Positions 18,981-28,207 of a stretch of DNA of 64,000 nucleotides are shown here, piece after piece. The stretch lies in NCBI GenBank assembly GCA_965223845.1, contig CBDCXR010000004.1, positions 6,048,001 through 6,112,000 on the forward strand, in the 5' to 3' direction. Source of the DNA: Planctomycetota bacterium. Lineage in GTDB: Bacteria; Planctomycetota; UBA8108; SXIK01. A program made the position numbers and the translations under genes. The stretch's first letter is position 1. Each line of letters starts with the position of its first letter. Below the pieces are notes generated by a model. That model was not told the origin of the DNA. It was given only the letters and a program-made list of their open reading frames with translations, and searched no databases.

Positions 18981-20048
18981 ATGTCCGACTTTCGAGTGAC
19001 CGAGCTGTCCGCCGACACGGACTTCTCGAATCTTCCCTACTGGGATGTAGCGATCATCGGGGCGGGGCCGGCTGGGCTCGCCGCGGGACTCACCACGGCG
19101 CATCGCGGTCTCACGACCCTCGTCATAGAGGCGAAGGAGCGACCCGGCGGACAGCCGCAGTTTCTCTACGCGGACAAGCGCATCGTCGATATCCCGGGGT
19201 TTCCCGATGGGATCACCGGGGAAGAGCTCTCCGACCGAACGTATCGCCAGGCGAGGGACGCGCTCGTTCAGTTCCGCTTCAGCGAAGAGCTGACGGAGAT
19301 CGAAGACACCGACGAGGTCGAGACCGACGACCGGCTGAAGCGAGTCGTGACGACGAAGGGCTCGTATCTCTGCCGGAAGGTGATCATCGCGTGCGGACTT
19401 CTCCACTATCCGCGAAAGCTCGCCGTGCTCGATTCTCTCGCATCGAAGAAAGTGCACTACAAGGTGCCGAAGATCGGCGACTACGAGGGGCAGCGGGTCG
19501 CCGTGGTGGGCGGGGGTGATTCTGCGCTCGACGCTGCGCTCATGGCGCTCGCGCGGGGCGCGCGAGTCGATCTCATCGTTCGCGAGGAGACGCCGATCGG
19601 GAAGGCCGACAGCCTCGCGCGGATCCGCGAAGCCGGTGGCGTCGTGCGAACCTCGGTCGAGATCGCGAGCGCCGAGTTCGCCGGGGATGCGGTCGCGCTT
19701 CGGCTGACGAACGGCGACAGCCTCGACGCGGAGCAGGTGATCGTTCAGATCGGATTCTTGTCGGCGAAGGAGACGTTCGAGCGGCTCGCCATCGATCTCA
19801 ACGAAGACGGCAGCATCGCGATCGATCCCTACTTCGAGACGAGCCGAAAGGGCATCTTCGCGGTCGGCGACGTCCACGGAGACATCAAGCTGATCACGGT
19901 CGCGTGGGCCGAAGGGATCCAGGCGGCGATCCACGCGTTCAAGGAGATCACGAGTCCCTACTGGCTGAACGAGAAGCGGCTTCGTGATCACAAGCTCGTC
20001 ATGATCGGCGAGAAGCTGACGCAAGCGGCGCGGAGCCGACGACCGTGA
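18981..20048 (+). CDS. thioredoxin-reductase-like ferredoxin--NADP+ reductase
   Basis: GAGPAGL, PGGQ, VVGGGDSALD, GIFAVGD; no redox CxxC, which fits the FNR branch. Confidence 0.85.
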   Translation: MSDFRVTELSADTDFSNLPYWDVAIIGAGPAGLAAGLTTAHRGLTTLVIEAKERPGGQPQFLYADKRIVDIPGFPDGITGEELSDRTYRQARDALVQFRFSEELTEIEDTDEVETDDRLKRVVTTKGSYLCRKVIIACGLLHYPRKLAVLDSLASKKVHYKVPKIGDYEGQRVAVVGGGDSALDAALMALARGARVDLIVREETPIGKADSLARIREAGGVVRTSVEIASAEFAGDAVALRLTNGDSLDAEQVIVQIGFLSAKETFERLAIDLNEDGSIAIDPYFETSRKGIFAVGDVHGDIKLITVAWAEGIQAAIHAFKEITSPYWLNEKRLRDHKLVMIGEKLTQAARSRRP

Positions 20049-20195
20049 GCGGCGAGAACTCGTAGGCGAGCTCCGTTTCGTGCGAAAACGGGCCGAATGG
20101 TTTTCGCTCGCCTCGAAGTCTCCCCTCTACAATGGACGCCGGTGGTCAGGCTCGAACCGGCGTACGCGCAGCAGAATTTGGGGGGAGGTCGAGGC

Positions 20196-21368
20196 ATGAA
20201 GGTCCTCAGTTCGGGGCGTTATCTCGCGAACGTGTTCGTCTGCGCGTTCGCCATCGGATCTACCGCGGTCGCGCCCGGCGCTCGTCTTCGCGCAGAGGAG
20301 GGTCAGGTCTACGAGCTCACCGGAGAGAGTCTCTACTTCGTGAACTGCCCCGTCTGCGAAGTGCTGCAGACGGATCTCGCTCTCGCCGGGACGTTCGTGC
20401 TCACCCCGCACCCCTCCGGCGACGAGGGGCGGTTCCTCGTCGACGACGTTCAGCTCGTGAACGCGGACGTTTTCTTTCGAGGCTCCGGGCTCTACACGAT
20501 CGAAGACGGCATGCAGACCATGCGGCTCGGTCTCGCAACGAGCTACGGGGAGGTGTTCGAGTCGCTCGGCACGAGCTCGATCGAAGCGGAATGGCCGGAG
20601 ATCAGGATCCACCTCACCGACGCCGACGGAGTGTTCACCGTCGGCCACGATTTTCACATCGTCGCACGTCCGCGGACCGAGAGAGCCGTCGTGCGGTATC
20701 GACTGAGAGAGGAAAGTCAGCTCATCGATGAATGTGTTCCCTGCGGAGCGCCTCCCCAGGTGAAAGCACTCCGCGGGACGTTCGACCTCGAGGAGCTCCG
20801 GCGCGATGAACAGGGGCGAGGCAGCTTCGCCGTCGAGAACCTCGGTCTTTTCGCCGAGGACTCCGATCGTTACGACCTCTCGGGTCGCGGCTTCTACGTC
20901 CGGTCCGGTGAGCGCAATCTGCTCGAGCGGATGATGCTCGAGCTCGATTGGCGCGGGGTGGGAGCGATTTCGCTCGAAGGGAGATTCGAGGAGCTCGCGA
21001 GCGACACCGAGTCGATCGACGTCGACGTCACGTATTTCTCTGAGGAGACCCGACTCACGCTTCGCATCATGGCGGATCCGATCGCGACGACGGAATTCCG
21101 CCGGGGCGACGCCAATGTCGACGGGGGAGTCAACATCGCCGACGCTCTCGCGATCCTCAATACACTCTTTTCGCGCGGTGAGCCGTTCGCGTGCCGCGCA
21201 GCGGCGGACGTGAACGCGGACTTCACGATCAACGTCACCGATCCGATCTTTCTGCTCGGACACCTCTTCGGCGCACTGGGCCCGCCGCCGGCGCCGGGAC
21301 CGAACGAGTGCGGAATGGGGAGCGCTCGGGAGCTCTCTTGCGGTGAGTACGATCGCTGCGGCGTCTAA
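20196..21368 (+). CDS. secreted protein: two ~130-aa CxxC-containing repeats and a C-terminal dockerin-I domain
   Basis: Signal peptide; repeats YELTGES..CPVC..LAGTF and YRLREES..CVPC..LRGTF; FRRGDANVDGGVNIADA...AADVNADFTINVTD. Confidence 0.85.
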   Translation: MKVLSSGRYLANVFVCAFAIGSTAVAPGARLRAEEGQVYELTGESLYFVNCPVCEVLQTDLALAGTFVLTPHPSGDEGRFLVDDVQLVNADVFFRGSGLYTIEDGMQTMRLGLATSYGEVFESLGTSSIEAEWPEIRIHLTDADGVFTVGHDFHIVARPRTERAVVRYRLREESQLIDECVPCGAPPQVKALRGTFDLEELRRDEQGRGSFAVENLGLFAEDSDRYDLSGRGFYVRSGERNLLERMMLELDWRGVGAISLEGRFEELASDTESIDVDVTYFSEETRLTLRIMADPIATTEFRRGDANVDGGVNIADALAILNTLFSRGEPFACRAAADVNADFTINVTDPIFLLGHLFGALGPPPAPGPNECGMGSARELSCGEYDRCGV

Positions 21369-21458
21369 CCGCTAGTCGCGCAGATCACGGTACCTCCGGC
21401 ATGCGATCCGCGAAGGCGAGGATCGTTCGAGTGAACCACTAACATCGACCTGGGCAGT

Positions 21459-21488
21459 TTGACAGAGACGCGAGAGCCGGCGGAGAAT
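21459..21488 (+). promoter_or_regulatory. possible sigma-70 promoter of the SIR2 gene
   Basis: TTGACA-N18-GAGAAT about 115 nt upstream of ATG 21603. Confidence 0.35.
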
Positions 21489-21602
21489 GGGGCGGCTGTG
21501 GTGTCAGAGCTGACCGGGAGGCTCGTCGGGGCACCGCGTGGAAGAGCGACGATCGGGACTCGAGTACCGTCGTGTCCATCGTCGCGACCGTAGAGGGAAG
21601 AC

Positions 21603-24600
21603 ATGGCCGCTGCGAAGTCTCCCGCCGTGCGGGAGTGTAAGAGTTCCCGTGATCTGATCGATCGAATTCGACGAGACGTCCGCGACGGATACGGCTTCGT
21701 TCCGTTTGTCGGAAGCGGCGTCTCCGCTCCGTCCGGAATTCCGATGGGGCAGGAATTCGACGAGTTTCTCGCGTACACGGTGTACCGAGTGCTCGCGACC
21801 GAGGAAGAGCGACCGAAGAGCCGCGGCGACGAAGCGCTTCCCCGCTGGTGCGTCCGTCGAGACGGGTGGCCGAAGTACCCCAACAGCAAGGATGCCGAGG
21901 ACACTCGGAAATGGGTTCTCGAGCGCTACCGCGAAATCTGTAGAGATCTCAAAATCGAAGTGAAGAGCGAAGGCGGCTTCGTTACGGATCTCCAAGTGAT
22001 GTCCGATGCCTTGAGCGGACTCGCTGGCGACATAGCGCTACGAGCTCGCCGTCCGCTCGTTCCGAACGTCATCGCGTCTGCGGACTGCCGCGCGCGCGAT
22101 CAAGAGCTCCGATCATTTCTTCGCGCGGTCGGGCGCGATGGTCCCGACCGTATGTTCGCCGGTCGCCACGGCTACTCTCCGACTTCACAGGACCACATTC
22201 GCGAAGCGGGCATCCGTTCGCTCTCCGATTGGCGCGCGACCCTGCATTTTCTCTCTCGCGTTAAGGTCGACGAGGACACCGGGGATCTCGTTCTCTCGGA
22301 ATCCGAGCCTTGGGTCATCGACGGATTCAACATTCACATCACGCGGGGAAAGCGCAGCAATCTCACTCACAAGATGCTCGCTCATCTTGCGACGCCGATG
22401 CGGATCCGCACCGTCGTGACGACGAACTTCGACACCCTCCTCGAAGATTCCTTCGCGCAGATCCAATCTCGAGTTGCGGTGTTCGAAGTCGGCTCGCGCG
22501 GCGAGCTGCCCGATCCGGGAACCGTGCGCGCGCAGAACTGCATCGTGAAGCTGCACGGTGGCATGCTCGATACCCGCGCGGACTTTTCGCTCGACGACGC
22601 CCCGAGCGACCGGGACAAGGCATCGTTTGCCGAATACGTCCGTCAACGAAGCCAAGCGAGCTCGAGTCGCAGCGCGCAGAGCGGTCGAACCCGGGGAATC
22701 CCGAATCACCTGATCGTCATGGGCTATTCGGGATCGGATCAGCGCTGCGTACAGATGATCAAGTACTTGCTCGATCAGGACCCAGGAGTGCGGATCTATT
22801 GGCTCGCGTTCAACGACGCGGACGTGCGCAGAGTCTCCGAGACTTTCTACGAAGACTGCTACCGGAAGGGCGGTGAGCCGAGAGTGATCACATATCGGAG
22901 CGATCGGCAGGATCTTCTTCTCTACGAGCTCTATCAGGAGCTCACTCTGTCCCTACCTGCCGGCGGATTTGCCTACCAGTTCACCCACAAGATTCCGCCC
23001 GAGCGGCGCCTCGAGTTTGCGGCTTCCGACGCCAAGATGAACAAGGTAGGCGACGCGATCGTGGAGATCCTCACCAACTCCCAGACCCGCGACGCCCGGC
23101 TCGCCGAGCTCGAGGAGCGAGCGGACGTTCACATCGAGCGAGTGCCGCGGGATCGTGACGATGACACGACGCTGTCGCTGGAAGCAGACGGGCGATCCGA
23201 TCTCGCGTCCGCTATGCGACACGCGTTTCGAAAGTTGCGATCGAAGCATCATCGCCAGTGTATCTGGCTCGAGCTTCAGGACTACGCGAGTCCGCACTAC
23301 GTCTACACCGAACTCCTCAAGGTGATCTCGGTGAGGCTCGGGCTCTTCCAGCTGGAGCACGTCGTTCTCGCCCCCGACGAGAGCGATCGAACTCGAGTCG
23401 GCTACGGAAAGCACCTCAAGAAGGCGATCGAGTACTTCGGAATCCAGCCGGAAGCTTGGGTCGTATTCCTCTATGGCCGGAGCTGTCCCGGCGGCTGTTC
23501 CGGTTGGGACAACCGACCGTGGGGTCGCGACGAATACGATCGATTCAAGGAACTGCGCGAGGCGCTCGGTGCGGCGGGGATCCGTGTGGTGTACATGCCG
23601 CTTCGGGATCATCGCCGAGTTCGCAACGAGGCGAAGCTCTTGTTCGTCGACCGACTCGGGCCCATCGTGAAGGCTCAGGCTACTCTACCGTCGAAAGATG
23701 AGTTTCCGGTCGACCGGTACAAATCCGAAGAAGAGCGGAGACGAGAAGAGAAGGAGTGGAGAGCCGAGCAGGTCGGTTTCCTCGACACTCAGCGAATCCT
23801 CGATTCGAACTCGCAGGAGGATACGGTCCTCCAGGGGAATCCGTTCTTGATTCCCAAGCACTCCGTCGATGCAACCGTTTCCAAGTGGAAGAACGTCCCG
23901 CGCGGGGGACCGACGACCTACGAGTCGATCGTTCACAGAATCGTCGATGAATGGCTCACCGTAAGATCGGCGGGCAGCGAGTACGACGAGCGACTGAAGA
24001 AGATTCAGTTTCTCTATGCCGTGACGCTCTTTCGACAGTCTCGGCATACGAGCGCATTCTTTTCGGAGGCCCTCTTCCCTTGCCCGCACCGATTCAATGC
24101 GGACGGGGAAGACAACGACTGGGTGCGCTTCGACAAAGTACGAAAGTGGATTCGAGATCTCGAGCGCGAAGCGGTCTTTTATCACAAACCCGGCGGCTAC
24201 GCGTGGAAGTACCGTGACATGCGCCTCGGGATCCAGCGCCTGATCGAAGGCATGGAGAACGTCTGCTTGAACGAGCCGGCGGAGTCGCGCGAAAAGAGCC
24301 GGTTCGTTCGCTTCATGGGGCAGCGACGCGCGCGGACGCACCTCTGGATCGGCCACTGGTACCTCAAGGCGTTTTACGCGACCGGGCACGCGATTCCGAT
24401 TATCGAATCCCTCTACCATCGGCTTCAGTGCGTGCGCTATTCGCCGTACGCGAAACCGCCCGTGCTCGCACCGACGAGCTCGAATCGCGAAGAGCTGTAC
24501 CGCTACCGCCTTCAGCTTTTTCGCCTCGCGATTCTTGCGATGGTGAAGACGAGTCGCATGGCTCGGCCGTGGCTCAAGTTCTGGCTCAACGATCCGGGTG

Positions 24601-26273
24601 AGAGCTCGCTCTTCGGCGAACAGGCGAAAGCGGGCCGGCGCATCGTAGAGGCTGCCCGGGAGAAGCTGGAGGAAATGGCGAAAGCCGAGCCGGCGCTGGT
24701 TGCCGAGGGTCGTACGCTCAAAGGATTGACCGAATTGCTCAGGGACGAGTTCGATACGCTCGGCGGATCGCTGAGGGCTGAAGCCGGGAAGCGAGGCGGG
24801 AAGAAGTTCCTGCTCGACATTCCTCCCCGCGAGCCGGGAGAACCGGAGCGTCCCGAAACCACGACGGATCTGAGATTCGACGCCGAGATTCTCTGCAGCC
24901 CCGACTGGCGCGGGCGATTCAGAGAGCGGCTGAAGGCGTTCAAGCTCGAGCCGACCGACCCTGGTCTCGAGAACGTCGTCGAGATCATCGAGCAACACGA
25001 AGGCGCGATTCGACGCGCACCGAACACCGGCGAGGAATCCGCGGCGAGGCGCCGCGGGATCTCAGAGACTCTCGACGAGCGGCTCGTCGCGATCAAGTCG
25101 AAGTGGATCCTCGCTTGCGGAGGGCGTCAATCCTACGTCTCTCAGGCGGTGCAGACGATCAGCGAGTTCGCATACCTCCACGTGAAGCAAGCGAAGCTTC
25201 TCGATCACAGCGCCGGGTCAAACGATGCCGACCCGGAAGCGCGCGCTCAGATTCGTGCGCTCTGGGTCGAGGTAACGGCGCTCTGCAACACGGCGATGGA
25301 TCTCCTCAATCATCTTCATCCGGCGTACCTGAACGTCGAGATCGAGGAACACATCAAGTGTCAGACGATGTACGGGCTCGCGCTCGGTCACCTCGGCCGA
25401 TTCTTCGAAGCCCATCGCCGACTCAACGAGGCCGGGGCGGTTCTTTCGAAGATGGCGAATACTCTCGAGAGCGAAGAGTTCGCCGTCATCAAGCTTCGTC
25501 GCGCCGAGGTCTTTCTCTGCGAAGCCGTTGCCGTCCGCGAAGCTCTGAACGGAGTCGAGACGAGCGAATCGGAGGCGGAGCTCGAGTCTCTGCAGGCTTC
25601 TGCACACCCGCAGTTCGCGAACCCCGTCGGCAAAGCCGTGGCCGCAACTCGGAAAGTGGTCAAAGCTCGAAAGAGGCTAGAAGAGATAGAGAAAGAACGC
25701 TTCCAGCGATCGGATGCCGAGAGTGCGATCGAGCGCCAGGAGCAGAGGATCGTCGCAGGAAAGGAGGAGCGCCGGCGCGCGATCGAGACACTCGAGCGAA
25801 TCCACTATGCGAAGCTCGATGACGCCTGGGTCGCGCTCGAGGCCGCCGAGCAGCTCCTCTCCGGCCGCAGCCATTCGTCGCTCTGGTGGGGTCGACTGTT
25901 TGCGCTCAAGCTGCGAGTTTACGGGGAGCACCAAGACCGTCGATTGGTCGCGCGGTACGAATCCCTCGCCTTCCGGCAGCGCATTCAGCACGACCACGTC
26001 GTGCATCAACTTTTCGACAAGGGCGTCCTTGTGAGCCCGTCGGACCCGTACCGGCGTCTGCGCCTCCTCGACTACTATTTGAAAGCGGTGGAGAAAGTCA
26101 CGGGGAGTTGGAAACCGGGGCGACTCGAGCGAGCCATCGAGCTCTGGGGATCCATCGCCACCTCGATTCGGCGAGAGCCCGTCCTTCGTGCCCCCCGTTC
26201 GCCGATCCGCAATTATCTGGGCCGTATGCGGAAGGCGATCCAGGCCTGGAAGCAGAGCGACGAGACGGGGTGA
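21603..26273 (+). CDS. large SIR2-domain protein (SIR2 - degenerate STAND/wHTH - helical TPR-like), putative antiphage NADase
   Basis: FVPFVGSGVS, TTNFDTLLE, VKLHGG, LIVMGYSGSD; C-terminal helical repeats such as YGLALGHLGRFFEA. Confidence 0.85.
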   Translation: MAAAKSPAVRECKSSRDLIDRIRRDVRDGYGFVPFVGSGVSAPSGIPMGQEFDEFLAYTVYRVLATEEERPKSRGDEALPRWCVRRDGWPKYPNSKDAEDTRKWVLERYREICRDLKIEVKSEGGFVTDLQVMSDALSGLAGDIALRARRPLVPNVIASADCRARDQELRSFLRAVGRDGPDRMFAGRHGYSPTSQDHIREAGIRSLSDWRATLHFLSRVKVDEDTGDLVLSESEPWVIDGFNIHITRGKRSNLTHKMLAHLATPMRIRTVVTTNFDTLLEDSFAQIQSRVAVFEVGSRGELPDPGTVRAQNCIVKLHGGMLDTRADFSLDDAPSDRDKASFAEYVRQRSQASSSRSAQSGRTRGIPNHLIVMGYSGSDQRCVQMIKYLLDQDPGVRIYWLAFNDADVRRVSETFYEDCYRKGGEPRVITYRSDRQDLLLYELYQELTLSLPAGGFAYQFTHKIPPERRLEFAASDAKMNKVGDAIVEILTNSQTRDARLAELEERADVHIERVPRDRDDDTTLSLEADGRSDLASAMRHAFRKLRSKHHRQCIWLELQDYASPHYVYTELLKVISVRLGLFQLEHVVLAPDESDRTRVGYGKHLKKAIEYFGIQPEAWVVFLYGRSCPGGCSGWDNRPWGRDEYDRFKELREALGAAGIRVVYMPLRDHRRVRNEAKLLFVDRLGPIVKAQATLPSKDEFPVDRYKSEEERRREEKEWRAEQVGFLDTQRILDSNSQEDTVLQGNPFLIPKHSVDATVSKWKNVPRGGPTTYESIVHRIVDEWLTVRSAGSEYDERLKKIQFLYAVTLFRQSRHTSAFFSEALFPCPHRFNADGEDNDWVRFDKVRKWIRDLEREAVFYHKPGGYAWKYRDMRLGIQRLIEGMENVCLNEPAESREKSRFVRFMGQRRARTHLWIGHWYLKAFYATGHAIPIIESLYHRLQCVRYSPYAKPPVLAPTSSNREELYRYRLQLFRLAILAMVKTSRMARPWLKFWLNDPGESSLFGEQAKAGRRIVEAAREKLEEMAKAEPALVAEGRTLKGLTELLRDEFDTLGGSLRAEAGKRGGKKFLLDIPPREPGEPERPETTTDLRFDAEILCSPDWRGRFRERLKAFKLEPTDPGLENVVEIIEQHEGAIRRAPNTGEESAARRRGISETLDERLVAIKSKWILACGGRQSYVSQAVQTISEFAYLHVKQAKLLDHSAGSNDADPEARAQIRALWVEVTALCNTAMDLLNHLHPAYLNVEIEEHIKCQTMYGLALGHLGRFFEAHRRLNEAGAVLSKMANTLESEEFAVIKLRRAEVFLCEAVAVREALNGVETSESEAELESLQASAHPQFANPVGKAVAATRKVVKARKRLEEIEKERFQRSDAESAIERQEQRIVAGKEERRRAIETLERIHYAKLDDAWVALEAAEQLLSGRSHSSLWWGRLFALKLRVYGEHQDRRLVARYESLAFRQRIQHDHVVHQLFDKGVLVSPSDPYRRLRLLDYYLKAVEKVTGSWKPGRLERAIELWGSIATSIRREPVLRAPRSPIRNYLGRMRKAIQAWKQSDETG

Positions 26274-26313
26274 GAATCGCTCCGAGATGAACTCCCGACG
26301 CGTTTGAGAGAGT

Positions 26314-28092
26314 TCATCGGCGTGATCCATCCCCGAGCTGCCGTCCGGTCCCTTCCGTCAGCTCGACCGACCGATCCACTCTGCTCACCGCGAAGCTCTC
26401 CCTCCGTCCCGAAGGCCAGTCCACTCGGAGCTCGTCGACCTTCGTCTCTCTTCCCAATCCGAATCGCGCTACGAGCTCCGACTGAGACGCGTAGCTCGAG
26501 CCGCTGCGAAGGCGACGCCGCTGCGTTCTTCCGCCTGCTCGCAGCGTGACGATGGCGCCGATTCCGTCGCGATTGGACACCGTTCCGCGCAGTCGCACGG
26601 CGAGCCAGTGATGCGAGTGGTCGCTCGTGTTTTCGAGCACCGTCGCTCGTTCGTCGAGCTCGCTCACGATGATGTCGGCGTCGCCGTCGCCGTCGAGATC
26701 GCCGAATGCCGCGCCCCGAGACGACTTTGCGACTCCGAGTGTCGATCCAGCGGACACGTCGCGAAATCGGCCGTCCTTGTTTGCAAATACCTGGTTCGCC
26801 TGCCGGTAGCTCACTCCGTCGGCGACGGCGTCGACCTGTGGTGCGACGTGACCGTTCGCGACGAAGAGATCTTGATCGCCGTCGAGATCGGCGTCGAAGA
26901 AGAAGGTCCCCCAGCCGAGCGTCGGGTACGTCGCTCGGGCTAGGCCCCGCTCGGTCGTTGTTTCCGTGAAGAAACCGTCGCCGTCGCTGCGGTAGTAGGT
27001 CGCGGTATCACGCGAGAAGTTGACGACGAAGAGATCCTCTCTCGCCGAGTCGCCGAGGTAGACCGCATCGACGCCCATTCCGGCCTGCGCCACGCCTTCG
27101 TCGCTGTACGCGACTCCTGCGAGGGAACCGACGTCGCGAAACGTCCTCCCGGCCTCGTTCAGCCAGAGAACGTTCGGACGAGTGTCGTTCGCGACGTAGA
27201 TGTCGAGCCAGTCGTCGCCGTTCGCGTCGAGGATCGCGACGCCGAGGCTGTACGCAAAGTGCTCGAGGTCGAGTGCGCGGAGTCCCGCGCGTTCGCTCAC
27301 GTCCTCGAACGTGCCATCGCCGCGGTTGCGATAGAGCGTCGACGCCTCGGGGGGGAGCCCCGCCGGGCCGCAGGCGATCGGAACTCCGCGGTAGTGACAG
27401 CGCGGGTCGCGTCCCCGCACCGGAACCGACTCGCGATCGAATGCGAGATAGTTCGCGACGAAGAGGTCGAGGTGGCCGTCGCGGTCGAAGTCGAAGAACG
27501 CGCAGCTCGCTCCCCAACCCGGATCGCCCGTTCCCGCTTCGGCGGTCGCGTCGACGAACGTGCCGTCGCCGTTGTTTCGCCAGAGCCGGTCCGGCCCGTA
27601 GTTCGCGACGAAGAGATCGGGGTCGCCGTCGTTGTCGTAGTCCGCGGTCGCGACACCGCAGCCGCTCGCCCGGTCGATGAGTCCCGCCCGCCGGGTGACG
27701 GTTTCGAACCGGAGACCGCCGAGATTGCGGTAGAGCCCGTCGCTCGGTTGCGGGTCGCCCGGCGCCCGGTCGGGATCGCCGCCGTTCGCGAGAAACGCGT
27801 CGAGTCGGCCGTCGCCGTCGTAGTCGAGGAGCGCGATCCCGCCGCCGTTGATGGAAAGAATGTAGTCTTTCTCGGGATCGCCGGTGGCGTACTCGAAGTC
27901 GAGCCCGCTCTTCATGCTCGCGTCTTCGAAGCGAATTTCGGTGCTCGGGCTCTCGGTCGCTGATCGCTCGGTCTCGCATCCGAGGAGGACGACGACCGAG
28001 AACACCAGCGAGCTGGGACCCCGCGCAAGGAATCGGGTTCGGGCAGAAAACGGTCGTCTCGAACGGCCGCTCGGGCGCGCGTTTCCGGCCAT
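26314..28092 (-). CDS. CRTAC1/FG-GAP repeat protein with C-terminal ASPIC/UnbV domain (probable lipoprotein)
   Basis: Repeated DYDGDGRLD / DYDNDGDPD / DFDRDGHLD; SNRDGIGA, GSSYASQS, FGLG, WPSG; start inferred at ATG 28092. Confidence 0.9.
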   Translation of the reverse strand: MAGNARPSGRSRRPFSARTRFLARGPSSLVFSVVVLLGCETERSATESPSTEIRFEDASMKSGLDFEYATGDPEKDYILSINGGGIALLDYDGDGRLDAFLANGGDPDRAPGDPQPSDGLYRNLGGLRFETVTRRAGLIDRASGCGVATADYDNDGDPDLFVANYGPDRLWRNNGDGTFVDATAEAGTGDPGWGASCAFFDFDRDGHLDLFVANYLAFDRESVPVRGRDPRCHYRGVPIACGPAGLPPEASTLYRNRGDGTFEDVSERAGLRALDLEHFAYSLGVAILDANGDDWLDIYVANDTRPNVLWLNEAGRTFRDVGSLAGVAYSDEGVAQAGMGVDAVYLGDSAREDLFVVNFSRDTATYYRSDGDGFFTETTTERGLARATYPTLGWGTFFFDADLDGDQDLFVANGHVAPQVDAVADGVSYRQANQVFANKDGRFRDVSAGSTLGVAKSSRGAAFGDLDGDGDADIIVSELDERATVLENTSDHSHHWLAVRLRGTVSNRDGIGAIVTLRAGGRTQRRRLRSGSSYASQSELVARFGLGRETKVDELRVDWPSGRRESFAVSRVDRSVELTEGTGRQLGDGSRR

Positions 28093-28207
28093 TTCGCCGG
28101 AACGGCCTGCGGTTCGCCTTGCGATGCCCTGCGCGAAGCCTCGTTCTCCGCCTTTGAACGAGGTTTTGCGCAGGCTCCTGGCGCGCCCCATCGCGTCGTC
28201 TGCCTCT

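Noticed and set aside
18981-20048. Thioredoxin reductase trxB
   Set aside because: No CxxC redox motif; better fits the ferredoxin-NADP+ reductase type.
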